From Sedimentisphaeraceae bacterium JB056 (GTDB taxonomy: Bacteria > Planctomycetota > Phycisphaerae > Sedimentisphaerales > Sedimentisphaeraceae): 64,000 bases of DNA. The notes beneath the pieces are model-generated. The model had not been told where the DNA came from. It saw only the letters and a program-made list of their open reading frames with translations, and did not search any database. Below, in pieces: positions 11,001 through 20,137 of this stretch. A program made the translations under genes and the position numbers. The DNA lies in the NCBI GenBank assembly GCA_044440125.1, contig JBITAJ010000025.1:1-64000 (forward strand), read 5' to 3'. Numbering within the stretch: position 1 is the stretch's first letter; each line of letters begins with the position of its first letter.

Positions 11001-13733
11001 AACTATTTGTAATTCTTGGTCATGCAAGTTCACCTTGCGGTAATTGGCGGTGCCTATGTTTAGTACAAGAACTATCATGTCACCACGTTTAAGCCGCATG
11101 TTTCGCAGACTCTGGCAGTTATCAAAGTTTGGCACATCTGCCGGAGTGGTGGGGCTAATAAGGGCTGTACTGTAAAGATACTCACTGAATCGTTGAGAGA
11201 ATACCTGTGAATCTTTTTTAATTGTTCCAACAATAGCATAAGCTCTTGGACCAGTTGCGTGTTCACAGCTCCATTTTAGTTTTCCACGAATATCATATAC
11301 ACCATCTTGGCCAACCGTATAAACAGCCATTAAATCTGCGTCCTTATAAGGCTTATCTGAACCTGTCTGATAATTCCACTCCGCCTCAAGAGTATAGTCA
11401 TACGCTTCAAACTTGCCGTAATCAGGTAAGGAGCTGGAAAAAGTATAGACATCTGAAGTTGCATCTCGATTAACATCTGTCCAAACCGATGGGTCACCTC
11501 TTCCGTTAGTTGCACGGTCATCAGCGGTCAATAAATGATAGCTCCAACGTTCAAAAGAAGGGTCGTCCCATCCGCCATGAGCATTCTCACCACTGGTATG
11601 TGTTGTAACATTCCAATCATCAAAACGATTCTGGCTACTACGGTCAATTTGAATCTGTATCCCATCATCATACAAGATTGGATTTCTATAAACACTACCA
11701 GAACTGCGCACGGCAAAGAAAATGCCGTCACCAGGTAATAACTCAACTTGTTGCAAATCATCTTCAGCGGTCAAATCGGCAACTGAACGCCTGTCTGAAT
11801 GTCCAGTTTGAGAGATGTAAACATTGTCGCTGTAGATTTCTGTGATTGAATTATTAACTGAATCATATTTACCCACAACGATTGGGAAAGTACCATCATT
11901 ATCAGTAAATAATGACATTTCCAGCTCACCGTCTATATTATATAAACCAGGCTGATTAACGCTATACATTGCAATTGTCCAGCTTGGTTTCATATAGCTC
12001 GGTGCATCGTTGTGCCAATAAGCTTGTAAACTCTGACTGTTAATCATATTCCAGCCGCCATCCCAGTATGCTTCTCCATCAGGCTCAAAATGCATATAAC
12101 GACTATTGACCGAGTCCCATGTAATATCCGTTTCCCATTGGTTTAAGGCTAATCCAGTTGTGTTCGGATCACCCTGCCAATAATAACTCCAGAAATCGCC
12201 ATCAGCATCGACAATGCCGCCATGCTCATTAGAGCCGACGCTGTGATTAGCAGAATCCCAGTCGGCTTCTCTAACTGTTATCGGCTTTATCATCTCAATA
12301 AACATTTCGCTGTCGTGAAGGTTAGTCTTACGCCAATTGGTTACTCCGGTCTGAAGGATGATTACGATTTGGTCGCCGGGCCAAAGCTCTACGCCATAAA
12401 GGTCTCCATCAGTTGCAAATCCTTCAACGACGTGAGGGCTTTCAGGGCTGATCATTTGCGTGTAATCGCCGCCTGGACCCCGTAAACTTTCACTGGTATA
12501 AAGCTCGGTAAAGGTAGTGGTTCCATACGCAATTGTACCTATGATAACGTAAGCTCGTGGGTCTGTCGTATACTCATTGCTCCACTTCAACTGGCCTGTA
12601 ATATTATAAATACCTGCACCCGGCACATTGAATACAGTCAGTAAGGATGATTCTCTATAGGTCATTGGCGGGTCTATTCCATTCTTATTCCACAATGCCG
12701 ACAACATATCCTGATGAGCATCAACCCTAATCATATCAGGTAAAGCCGTCCAGTAATTATAGCAATCATCCGTACTGCTGTAGGTTACATCCGTCCAATA
12801 GGTCGGGTTTCCCAAGCCGTATGTGTCACGATTTACATCAGTTATTGTATGATAGCTCCAGAGTGAGCTATTAGGGTCATCAATCCCGCCATGACTGTTT
12901 GAGTCGTTAAAATGATTGGCCGCATCCCATGCCTCTCTTCTTGAATATCCCTCGGAAACACGCTCTATAGACACTTCCTGATTATATAATCGTGTTTCTC
13001 TGTAAGCCATGGCACCTGCCTGGAGTATAAATACGATTTCATCACCGGCGTCAAGGTATATGTGTTGCAAAGCGTTATTGCCTGCAAAGCCATCTACTAT
13101 TTCCGGTGAAGCAGGGTCGATCCATACGGTGTAATCGCCGCCGCTTCCTCGCAGCATATTGCTTTGCCAAAGAAGATTAAAGTCAGTAGAACCTTCTCTG
13201 ATAGTGCCTATTATGGCGTAGCTGCGAGGGTCTTTATAGCCTGAATTATCGCCATGACTCCAGCGTAATTGTCCTGCGATGTTATAAATGCCAGTTTGCT
13301 CAACTTCGTAAACAGCTATCATGTCGCTGTCTGCACGTGGGTTTTCGTAAGTTCCGTCGTTGTGCCAGAAAGTGGAGATATACTCACGGTATGCTTTGAA
13401 GGTACATCGGCCATAATCTCCTCCCCAGCCGTTAGAGAACTCGTAATACCCACTTGAAATATAAGGTGCATTTATCCAATAGGATGAGTCTCCCCGACCA
13501 TGCAAATCACGGTCTGCTTTTTCGAGTATATAATAACTCCATGAATCATGAGAGTTAATTCCCGTTTGATGTGTTTCGGTATCCCAGCTTATCTGCCGAT
13601 TGTATATTTCTCTTACAATTTGAAAGTCATATGCTGTCGAATTCGAGATGCCGTAACAGAAAAATGGTGATATGAGCAACAATGTAATAAAAAAACATAT
13701 CGAACAACTGGAAAGTGTTCTTGAATTTCGCAT
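8085..13733 (-). CDS. Large secreted protein: five copies of an uncharacterised ~210-aa domain plus a C-terminal heparinase II/III (PL12-like) lyase
   Basis: Signal peptide from ATG 13733 (AGGA SD upstream). Five repeats with NR..DW...H....HG...WSY/WQY. C-terminal part carries GVPNQ, PDGSDMEQSFNYN, FPYGGFYIMRDGW, MKSSRMGKGH and GHNTIIVDG. Confidence 0.8.
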   Translation of the reverse strand: MRNSRTLSSCSICFFITLLLISPFFCYGISNSTAYDFQIVREIYNRQISWDTETHQTGINSHDSWSYYILEKADRDLHGRGDSSYWINAPYISSGYYEFSNGWGGDYGRCTFKAYREYISTFWHNDGTYENPRADSDMIAVYEVEQTGIYNIAGQLRWSHGDNSGYKDPRSYAIIGTIREGSTDFNLLWQSNMLRGSGGDYTVWIDPASPEIVDGFAGNNALQHIYLDAGDEIVFILQAGAMAYRETRLYNQEVSIERVSEGYSRREAWDAANHFNDSNSHGGIDDPNSSLWSYHTITDVNRDTYGLGNPTYWTDVTYSSTDDCYNYWTALPDMIRVDAHQDMLSALWNKNGIDPPMTYRESSLLTVFNVPGAGIYNITGQLKWSNEYTTDPRAYVIIGTIAYGTTTFTELYTSESLRGPGGDYTQMISPESPHVVEGFATDGDLYGVELWPGDQIVIILQTGVTNWRKTNLHDSEMFIEMIKPITVREADWDSANHSVGSNEHGGIVDADGDFWSYYWQGDPNTTGLALNQWETDITWDSVNSRYMHFEPDGEAYWDGGWNMINSQSLQAYWHNDAPSYMKPSWTIAMYSVNQPGLYNIDGELEMSLFTDNDGTFPIVVGKYDSVNNSITEIYSDNVYISQTGHSDRRSVADLTAEDDLQQVELLPGDGIFFAVRSSGSVYRNPILYDDGIQIQIDRSSQNRFDDWNVTTHTSGENAHGGWDDPSFERWSYHLLTADDRATNGRGDPSVWTDVNRDATSDVYTFSSSLPDYGKFEAYDYTLEAEWNYQTGSDKPYKDADLMAVYTVGQDGVYDIRGKLKWSCEHATGPRAYAIVGTIKKDSQVFSQRFSEYLYSTALISPTTPADVPNFDNCQSLRNMRLKRGDMIVLVLNIGTANYRKVNLHDQELQIVRWADQGESYFNRNNDWATSQHSSSSHGTELDPTDNGWQYWVMTNGFDNTAYQADDLASLTAGVDDYSLQGTDFDVSVDATKFYVYWNSNATLGKQPWIVATFRNPYPRTAKFNITGATTWEKTITGDSSNQGIRLEIAKFDSNFETTPSTSTKTVLWYDEPTNGAVGIYDVADPNLLSISLEYGEYIAIGLRGCRYNYRGATWHNANLTITPDLKTIADDFFDLVDLTTSEMAVVSSQYNQGQYEAALDTFRDIFFDKLLPIVTDQMGSASSTTAQLMDNTVKLYDLNGGYETQNIGAPGEINWFLNPTYEHWTYFLSNMFWANPLITSFAESPNANTAYLEKWTDYWVDFSLNNYDQWYAIYGTAAAEDYGGLFINIWLHRLVMGDRTRALMRQLSAASKANVEVCKQVISGEDLAIILTMMAGRNLPKLDDVIHGGVPNQVISSAFGMLEAGVIMDNCTDASDWFDTGEYESNDYLTTYYMPDGSDMEQSFNYNTAFMDVGVSIVDLLESAYITDSDLADDYAGPILNRFRFLLSMVRPNGMLPGLDLNSDGDWSSVMDYQDYFNDTLASRIDDYTWGSASGSEPNFTSIAFPYGGFYIMRDGWDENSNHLFMKSSRMGKGHFDESGNQIQVTAYGKTMLIDSGGSLYVSDSRNDYFHESFGHNTIIVDGYSQRMGGEKTPAWTTTAGDRWHNSDDFDFCEGIFGDDASSYYGTSDGSTSITDVTHYREVTFLRKHGLYIVSDLLDATNSHDYTQIWCFDSDYANSDISTAGTDSIVTDSATLPNVSLYNFSDKSLTYTKYEGYNSGGDVFGWQHVGSGYSSAVDTHVDFSGSGDELIVTLIRPMSGTDDGISSISDASGSGYAGFDCTMDDNSTIKYRIRETTGSITIGDVTATADSLLIVTDSNANVTGVALGCTAMIINGNTQTLNYNDFEFTRSNNSLANEVEITSPTTFDWVENGSEIYPVYTN

Positions 13734-14042
13734 TTGAATTCTTCCTATATAATATATTAATATTCCCCAAAGCAAGAAAGTCAAACAGTGATGATATTTG
13801 GATTTGATAATTAAAATAAATTCAACTGATTAAAGAGCAAGGTGGATAGCGAGCTTGTAATGAAACGCAGAGCCTGCATTCGGATATGAGTTCGTTTCTT
13901 TTTATTCTCATTTTTGCAAATAAGCCTCTCTTATGACAGGTATTGAGTCTGTCTTTTCTGTGATTTTTGCAACCAACGATTTTTAAAATAACACAAACAA
14001 ACCAGTGTTACAAGTTCTTTTTCTGTAAAAAAAAGTGTTTTT

Positions 14043-14057
14043 ATGCAAATTGCATAG
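14043..14057. promoter_or_regulatory. Candidate operator palindrome in the divergent intergenic region
   Basis: TATGCAA-A-TTGCATA inverted repeat. Further TGCAAA half-sites lie nearby, next to a LacI-family gene. Confidence 0.35.
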
Positions 14058-14498
14058 TGGTTAAGTGTGGGTATTTAGGATATTTTTCTATGTAAAAGTT
14101 TTTTATAAAGGTGTTTATGTTTTGTGGAAGTGTGTCTTTTAGATGCTTTAGAAAAATGTTTTATTGTTTGCAGTGTGTTTTTGTTCTGTGTTTTTAATGC
14201 AAATTAATGCAAAATAGCTACGTGTTGTTTTGTTTTGTGTTTTTTTACATTGAATTATAGTTGTTGTTGTTTGTTTGTGCTTGAGTTTCTTGTCTGGCTT
14301 TGTTTTATGTATAAGTTGTTTTTTTGTCTATGTTTATGTTTATATTTTTAGGTTTTGACATTTCTTGTTTAGATGAATGATGGTATTTTTTTGGGGATTT
14401 AATTTTAGTTAAATGCTGGAAAAATTGCGAAAAAATTCTTGCAAAACACTCTTTTCCTGTTATATTGGCCTATATACTTAATTTTAATGGAGCGAATT

Positions 14499-15530
14499 AT
14501 GTCATTACTAAAAGTTGCCGATACTGCAGGCGTATCTGTTGCTACTGTATCTAGGGTTATAAATAACAGGCCGGGCATTTCAAGTGACACCCGTAATAAT
14601 GTTTTTCGAACGATGGAAGAGATGGGTTATGAGCCTAAGCCAATCGCTTCTCGTCCAGGTCGCAAGGCAATTCCCGATAAGCAAAGTACTCTCTCAAATA
14701 TATTGTTCCTCTCTTTTGCTCAATACGATTCTCAAACCAACAGTCCTGTTTATGCGGAAATAATTCATGGTGTTGAAGCTGAATTAGCTAAAGCGGGCAT
14801 GACAATGATGTTTAAGCAGGTAAAGGCTGGTGAGAATATCTCTGAATGGATATCCGGTAGAGATATCGACGGGATGGTATTGTTCAGCCCAACCGGTACG
14901 ATTATTAACTGGGTAAGGTCTAACTATAAAAAAGTTCCGATTGTTTCAATACTTGGTGATGTTTCTTTAGGCTGGTGTGATAAAATCAGTTATGACAAGC
15001 CTGCTGTAGCCGAAAGGGCTATTGATTATCTCAGAGGTAAAGGGCATAAGGAGTTTCTTGAGATACATCCATCCAATCATAGCCGTCGGTTGGCGGAGCT
15101 TTCTGATATTTACGGCATGAAAATTACAACGCTCGCTGATACAGCTGATGATATTTTCATAACCAATGAGCGTGAAAACCGCCCTAATCAAGTTGTCTTG
15201 GAGCAAAAGTTTGATGAATATCTTGCAATAAATAAACTTCCCAAGGCTATCTTTCTGCCCTGTGATGCTTTTGCTGTTCCTGTGTATTCGATACTGATGC
15301 GGAAAGGATTTTACGCGGGCAAAGATTTTGATTGGGTTTCTGTAAATAATGAAAAGAGTTTGCTTGATGGGCTTATGCCACGTCCGGCAACTATTGATAT
15401 ACGTTCGTACGAAATGGGTAAGGCGGCGGTTCAGAGGCTTTTGTGGCGTAAAGAACACATCAGTGAGCCACGTATGACCCTTACAATTGATCCTTTGATA
15501 GTAATGCCGGATGGTAAACATTCGGTTTGA
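14499..15530 (+). CDS. LacI-family transcriptional regulator
   Basis: N-terminal HTH SLLKVADTAGVSVATVSRVINN, hinge MGYEPKP and a periplasmic-binding-fold sensor domain. GGAG SD precedes ATG 14499. Confidence 0.92.
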   Translation: MSLLKVADTAGVSVATVSRVINNRPGISSDTRNNVFRTMEEMGYEPKPIASRPGRKAIPDKQSTLSNILFLSFAQYDSQTNSPVYAEIIHGVEAELAKAGMTMMFKQVKAGENISEWISGRDIDGMVLFSPTGTIINWVRSNYKKVPIVSILGDVSLGWCDKISYDKPAVAERAIDYLRGKGHKEFLEIHPSNHSRRLAELSDIYGMKITTLADTADDIFITNERENRPNQVVLEQKFDEYLAINKLPKAIFLPCDAFAVPVYSILMRKGFYAGKDFDWVSVNNEKSLLDGLMPRPATIDIRSYEMGKAAVQRLLWRKEHISEPRMTLTIDPLIVMPDGKHSV

Positions 15531-15569
15531 TTATATTTATTAATGAGGCTATATATGAAAGGCGTAAGT

Positions 15570-16766
15570 ATGAAAATTGTTAAGTTGTTTTCAGTGATAT
15601 TGTTATTGACGGCATTGGGAGCCTCTTTGCTCAATGCGGATATTACTTTTAATCGGCAGACTGACTGGAGCGCCAGTGCAGCCGGGGCCGATCCCAACGG
15701 GCACGGCACGCAATGGGATACCGATACCCTGAGCTGGAGCTATTACACAATGGCTGTAGCTCCCACTGCTCCGACGGTCTACCCGGGTACCGAATACTCG
15801 CCGGCAGACCTGGTGAAGATGAAGTTCCGTACAAACAAGGGTGCTTTCTATGATCCCTACGAGACAACTAATACCCATATTGCATATGAGTATGAGACCC
15901 AGGGACTCAGCGACAGGCTTTATGTGTATTGGAATGCGGTTAATATGCAAACCGGTGGCACAATTGCACCATTTGATTCACTTGCTCCATACGGAAAGCA
16001 GCAATGGTGTGTTGCTGTGTTTACTAATACGCTTGGTTCAACTGTGATTGTTGACCTTTCTGGCGCAAGTGAAATACAAACAGGCGCAGCCGGTGCATTA
16101 GATGGTGCAAAGGTTGAAATCGCTAAGATTAATTCGGCGTTTGATAGTAAAACACCTCTCTGGTCTTTTGAATACCCAAGTGCAAGCCCTGCTTTGAGCG
16201 GTGCATGGAATACATTCACTACTGCTAAGGTATTTGGTGACTTTATGCTTGAGTCGACACTTCAAGGCATCACTCTTGAAGCGGGTGAGTCTTTAGCGTT
16301 TGGTATCAGGGCGAGCAATCTTGAAGATGGTGTTAATGGTGTTACTGGTCAGTATTTGCAGACTATGTGGGTTGATGAGGAGGTTAATTTAACTGTATCA
16401 TCAGCGACTGCTCTTAATCTTACAGTTGCTACCGACCCTGCGGGTAATGAGGCTTCTGTTACAGGAGCGGGTCAATATTCTATTGGAGATACAGCTACGA
16501 TAGAGGCGGCAGATTTCAATGATTGTGCAAATGGTGCAGTTTATAAATTTGATCACTGGACAGGCGATGTGGCAGATGCTTCTTCTGCAGTTACGACGGT
16601 TGACATAAGCTCTGATACAGTAGTTACAGCAGTTTATGCTGCTACTGCCGAATGCGGCGATGCGTGTCATCCAATACCTGTCGGTAGTGCTGACGGTAAT
16701 TGTGAAGTTAATATAGACGATATTAAATTGGTTGCTGCCAACTGGCTTAGCAGTAATTTAGACTAA
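15570..16766 (+). CDS. Secreted protein: one copy of the ~210-aa repeat domain, InlB-B-like repeat and dockerin-like tail
   Basis: Signal peptide ending LNA; FNRQTDW..HGTQWD...WSYY; YKFDHWTGD; C-terminal ECGDACHP..GSADGNCEVNIDDIKLVAANWL. Confidence 0.75.
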   Translation: MKIVKLFSVILLLTALGASLLNADITFNRQTDWSASAAGADPNGHGTQWDTDTLSWSYYTMAVAPTAPTVYPGTEYSPADLVKMKFRTNKGAFYDPYETTNTHIAYEYETQGLSDRLYVYWNAVNMQTGGTIAPFDSLAPYGKQQWCVAVFTNTLGSTVIVDLSGASEIQTGAAGALDGAKVEIAKINSAFDSKTPLWSFEYPSASPALSGAWNTFTTAKVFGDFMLESTLQGITLEAGESLAFGIRASNLEDGVNGVTGQYLQTMWVDEEVNLTVSSATALNLTVATDPAGNEASVTGAGQYSIGDTATIEAADFNDCANGAVYKFDHWTGDVADASSAVTTVDISSDTVVTAVYAATAECGDACHPIPVGSADGNCEVNIDDIKLVAANWLSSNLD

Positions 16767-16795
16767 TGATGTGGTTTAATATACAGGAGATAAAC

Positions 16796-19216
16796 ATGTT
16801 TAGAAATTTCAAAAAGTATATATCGATTATTGCTGCTTTTGTGGCTGTTCTTACGCCTGTTATAGCTAATGCCTATACAGGAGAGGACCCTAATGCACTG
16901 GAGACATACAACAGGGTAAATGATTTTGCAGCGGCTTCTCATACCGAAGGTACCAACGACCACGGTTTATGGAGCTACCATATGATGACCAAAGCTGAAA
17001 TCGATGCCTACGGCAGGGGAGATACTGACTACTGGACGGCGTGCGATTATCTTAATTCAGTAAGCGGCTACAGGTTCTATAATGCGCTTCCGAAATTTGC
17101 AAGCCTTGGTGCTTACAGCGACCACCTCGAGGGAATGTGGAACAAGAGCTCAAATGATGACCTCGATTATCGCGAGAGCGAGATCGCGGCAGTGTTCACC
17201 GCTCCTGAGGATGGCAGCTACAACCTGGTTGGAGATCTGAAGTGGAGCAACGAGCTTCTGACGGATCCCCGCGCTTACGTTCATATTGGTGTAGTGGAGG
17301 CTGGAAGCGGAATCTATACTAACCTCTGGAGCAGTGATATGCTACGTGGCCCCGGCGGCGACTACACACAGATGATCGATCCGGCCAATCCTGAGGCGGT
17401 TCCCGGTTTTACAAACAATGCGGCTCTTGAAAATATCCCGCTTTTTGCCGGCGATCAGCTTCTGATCATCCTGCAGACGGGTTTGTTAAATTACCGCAAG
17501 ACCAACATTCACGACAGTGAAGTTTATGTCGAGCGATTTGAAATGGGCCCGCTTGCAGAGTATAACCGTATGATCGACTGGACAAATGATACGCATACAC
17601 TTGGAGAAACCGGTCATGGCCTCTGGAGCTACCATATGATCAAGGGAACTGATGAGGAAACTTACGGCAGAGGCGATTCTGCTTACTGGGTGGATATGCC
17701 CTATCTGAGTACCGATAAATATCAGTTCACTGAGCCGCTTCCCGCTTACTGGTATTCAGGTGCTATGAATGACAGATTGCAGGTGATGTGGAACAAGAGT
17801 GATAATGACCACCTTGATTACATCGCCAGCGAAGGAGCTATCGTATTTGAAGTTCCCGAGACAGGCGAATACAGCGTTGCCGGTGGTCTTAAGTGGAGTA
17901 CGTGGGGAGCTACTGATGCCCGTGCGTATGTGCATATCGGTACCATCAAGGCAGGTCAAAATATTTACAGCAATCTCTGGAGCAGTGTACAGCTTCGCGA
18001 TGCAGATAATCTTTCCCCGTATGAAGCTATATCGCCGGACAGTCCAGTAGAAGTTCCCGGCTTTGCAGATAACAGCCTGCTTCAGAATATCCCACTTAGT
18101 GCCGGTGATAAGATAATGATAAGCGTTGAAACCGGTCTTAACTACAGAGGTGTTTATCTGCACGACGATGGTCTGTTCATTCAGCAATGGCCATCAAGTG
18201 AGACGATCGAGTTTAACCGCGGTTTAGATATGGGTGTTTCTACAAAGAGCGGCAATTCTCACGGCACAACGTTTGATCCTTCAGGCGGCGCATGGCAGTA
18301 TTGGATTAAGCGTCAGGCTCTTGATAAGCTTGATTATCTGCCGGGTGAGTTGGAAGCATTCAATTGGGATTCGACTGCCGGTTACTTCGGCGAGAGCGGT
18401 CCTTCCTTCCTCACCTATGCGGATACATCTATGTTCACCGCATACTGGAACCGTTATCCTGATGGCGGCGTGAACTATAATCCGCTTGGAACCGAGCCTT
18501 GGGTAGTTGCTACATTTAAGAACCCATACAATGCAACAGTAGATTTCAATATACTTGGTGCAACCACTTGGGAAAAATTAAATGTAAGTGATACTAACGG
18601 CCAGGGAATGCTGCTTGAGATATCAAAGATAAATGCTGATTTCACTACAAAGACAGTTCTTTGGAGCTATGAGCCTGTAGAAGGCGCAATAGGCGTTTAT
18701 GATGTACCGGATCCTGCTCTTTATGCAATAGACCTTGCTGATGGCGAGTATATCGCTATTGCAATGAGAGGTAATCGTCTTAATCATAGGAAGGTGAATT
18801 GGTATAATTCCGAATTGGTAATATCTGCCGATCCTGAATCGTTCTACAACCTTACTGTTGAAGCAAGCCCGGCTATTGTTGATAGCGGAGTTTCTCCGAT
18901 GATTGGTGCAAGCAAGGTTGTTATGGATCAGGAGATAGAGATAAGTGCTGTTGATTTTGCGGGGGCATGTCCTACCGGTTACAGCTTTGACCATTGGGAA
19001 GTAGATGGTGTGCTGTATTCTGATCAGGCCGATACAACTCTTGTTGTTGATGCCGATATGACTTTAACTGCCGTATTTGTTTCAAGCAACGAATGTGGTG
19101 ATGTTTGCCGTCCTTACCCAGTGGGTGATGTGAGCTTTGATTGTGTGGTTGACTTGGAAGACTTTGCCAAGGTTGCACAAGACTGGACTGATTGTACAGA
19201 CCCATCTTGCGATTAA
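16796..19216 (+). CDS. Secreted protein: three copies of the ~210-aa repeat domain, InlB-B-like repeat and dockerin-like tail
   Basis: CAGGAG SD; signal peptide ending ANA; repeats YNRVNDF..HGLWSYH, YNRMIDW..HGLWSYH and FNRGLDM..HGT..WQYW; YSFDHWEVDG; ECGDVCRPYPVGDVSFDCVVDLEDFAKVAQDW. Confidence 0.78.
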   Translation: MFRNFKKYISIIAAFVAVLTPVIANAYTGEDPNALETYNRVNDFAAASHTEGTNDHGLWSYHMMTKAEIDAYGRGDTDYWTACDYLNSVSGYRFYNALPKFASLGAYSDHLEGMWNKSSNDDLDYRESEIAAVFTAPEDGSYNLVGDLKWSNELLTDPRAYVHIGVVEAGSGIYTNLWSSDMLRGPGGDYTQMIDPANPEAVPGFTNNAALENIPLFAGDQLLIILQTGLLNYRKTNIHDSEVYVERFEMGPLAEYNRMIDWTNDTHTLGETGHGLWSYHMIKGTDEETYGRGDSAYWVDMPYLSTDKYQFTEPLPAYWYSGAMNDRLQVMWNKSDNDHLDYIASEGAIVFEVPETGEYSVAGGLKWSTWGATDARAYVHIGTIKAGQNIYSNLWSSVQLRDADNLSPYEAISPDSPVEVPGFADNSLLQNIPLSAGDKIMISVETGLNYRGVYLHDDGLFIQQWPSSETIEFNRGLDMGVSTKSGNSHGTTFDPSGGAWQYWIKRQALDKLDYLPGELEAFNWDSTAGYFGESGPSFLTYADTSMFTAYWNRYPDGGVNYNPLGTEPWVVATFKNPYNATVDFNILGATTWEKLNVSDTNGQGMLLEISKINADFTTKTVLWSYEPVEGAIGVYDVPDPALYAIDLADGEYIAIAMRGNRLNHRKVNWYNSELVISADPESFYNLTVEASPAIVDSGVSPMIGASKVVMDQEIEISAVDFAGACPTGYSFDHWEVDGVLYSDQADTTLVVDADMTLTAVFVSSNECGDVCRPYPVGDVSFDCVVDLEDFAKVAQDWTDCTDPSCD

Positions 19217-19294
19217 TGTTTAGAAAAAGGCATAAGGGATAAGGCATAAGCGGTCTTATCCCTTAGCCATAAAATGATAGTAAAAGGTAAAATT

Positions 19295-20119
19295 ATGAGG
19301 AAACGTGCATTTACATTAATAGAGCTTCTTGTTGTTATTTCGATAATAGCGGTGTTGATGAGTATAATGATGCCTGCTTTGAGTAAAGCCAGAACTCAAG
19401 CAAGAATAGTTATATGTGGGAGTAATATTAAGAATCTTTCACAAGCTGCGATGATGTATCTACAGGAAAATGATCAGTATTATCCCGGAATGCATAACGG
19501 TACTGATAATAAATACAATGACGGGAATGATTCCTTGTGGGATGATAAACTTTATGTTTATCTTGAAAATTACGAGGTATTCTCATGTGCTGAAAAAATA
19601 TCTCACAATAGGGCGGCGGCTAAGATAACAGAGTCGTATATTGGTCCAATTGAAGGATGGGATAAAGTACAGGCGTATGGATTTAATACGTGGTTACAGG
19701 GTTGGACTCCTAACGGAATAACAAAAGGCACGTGGCCTGACAGTCATGCTTCAAGTATTAATCCTAAGCCTTTGAAAGCGAGTAACGTTAAATCAGGTTC
19801 AAGTGTTGTTATGCTGTCCGATACTGGTGCACCGCTGGCGAATGATGGTGATAGTTTTCCACATTTCAGTTATTTTTATAGTGGTGGTATTCGGTTTATG
19901 CCTGACCTTGTGCCGGCTCATGAGGTACGTTTGAATAAAAGTAAACCGAAGATAACATTCCATAATAGGTATGAAATGTCTGGTGGGATAAGTCTTGGTT
20001 TTGCTGATGGACATATTGAAAAGATAACCAGATTTGATTATACCGCTGATACTGTAAAAGATTATACTCCACCTAAGGAAGGTTTGAAGATTAATCCGAA
20101 TGGTAGAGATATCAGATAA
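19295..20119 (+). CDS. Prepilin-type N-terminal cleavage/methylation protein (DUF1559 / H-X9-DG family-like)
   Basis: RKRAFTLIELLVVISIIAVLMSIMMPALSKAR..AR...C.SN.K, YGFN and C-terminal H...GISLGFADGH. Confidence 0.9.
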   Translation: MRKRAFTLIELLVVISIIAVLMSIMMPALSKARTQARIVICGSNIKNLSQAAMMYLQENDQYYPGMHNGTDNKYNDGNDSLWDDKLYVYLENYEVFSCAEKISHNRAAAKITESYIGPIEGWDKVQAYGFNTWLQGWTPNGITKGTWPDSHASSINPKPLKASNVKSGSSVVMLSDTGAPLANDGDSFPHFSYFYSGGIRFMPDLVPAHEVRLNKSKPKITFHNRYEMSGGISLGFADGHIEKITRFDYTADTVKDYTPPKEGLKINPNGRDIR

Positions 20120-20137
20120 TATTTTTTTGGATGTATT

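Noticed and set aside
14060..14410. Possible CRISPR array or tandem repeat in the low-complexity intergenic tract
   Set aside because: No constant-length repeat-spacer periodicity and no cas genes. Only compositional skew is present.
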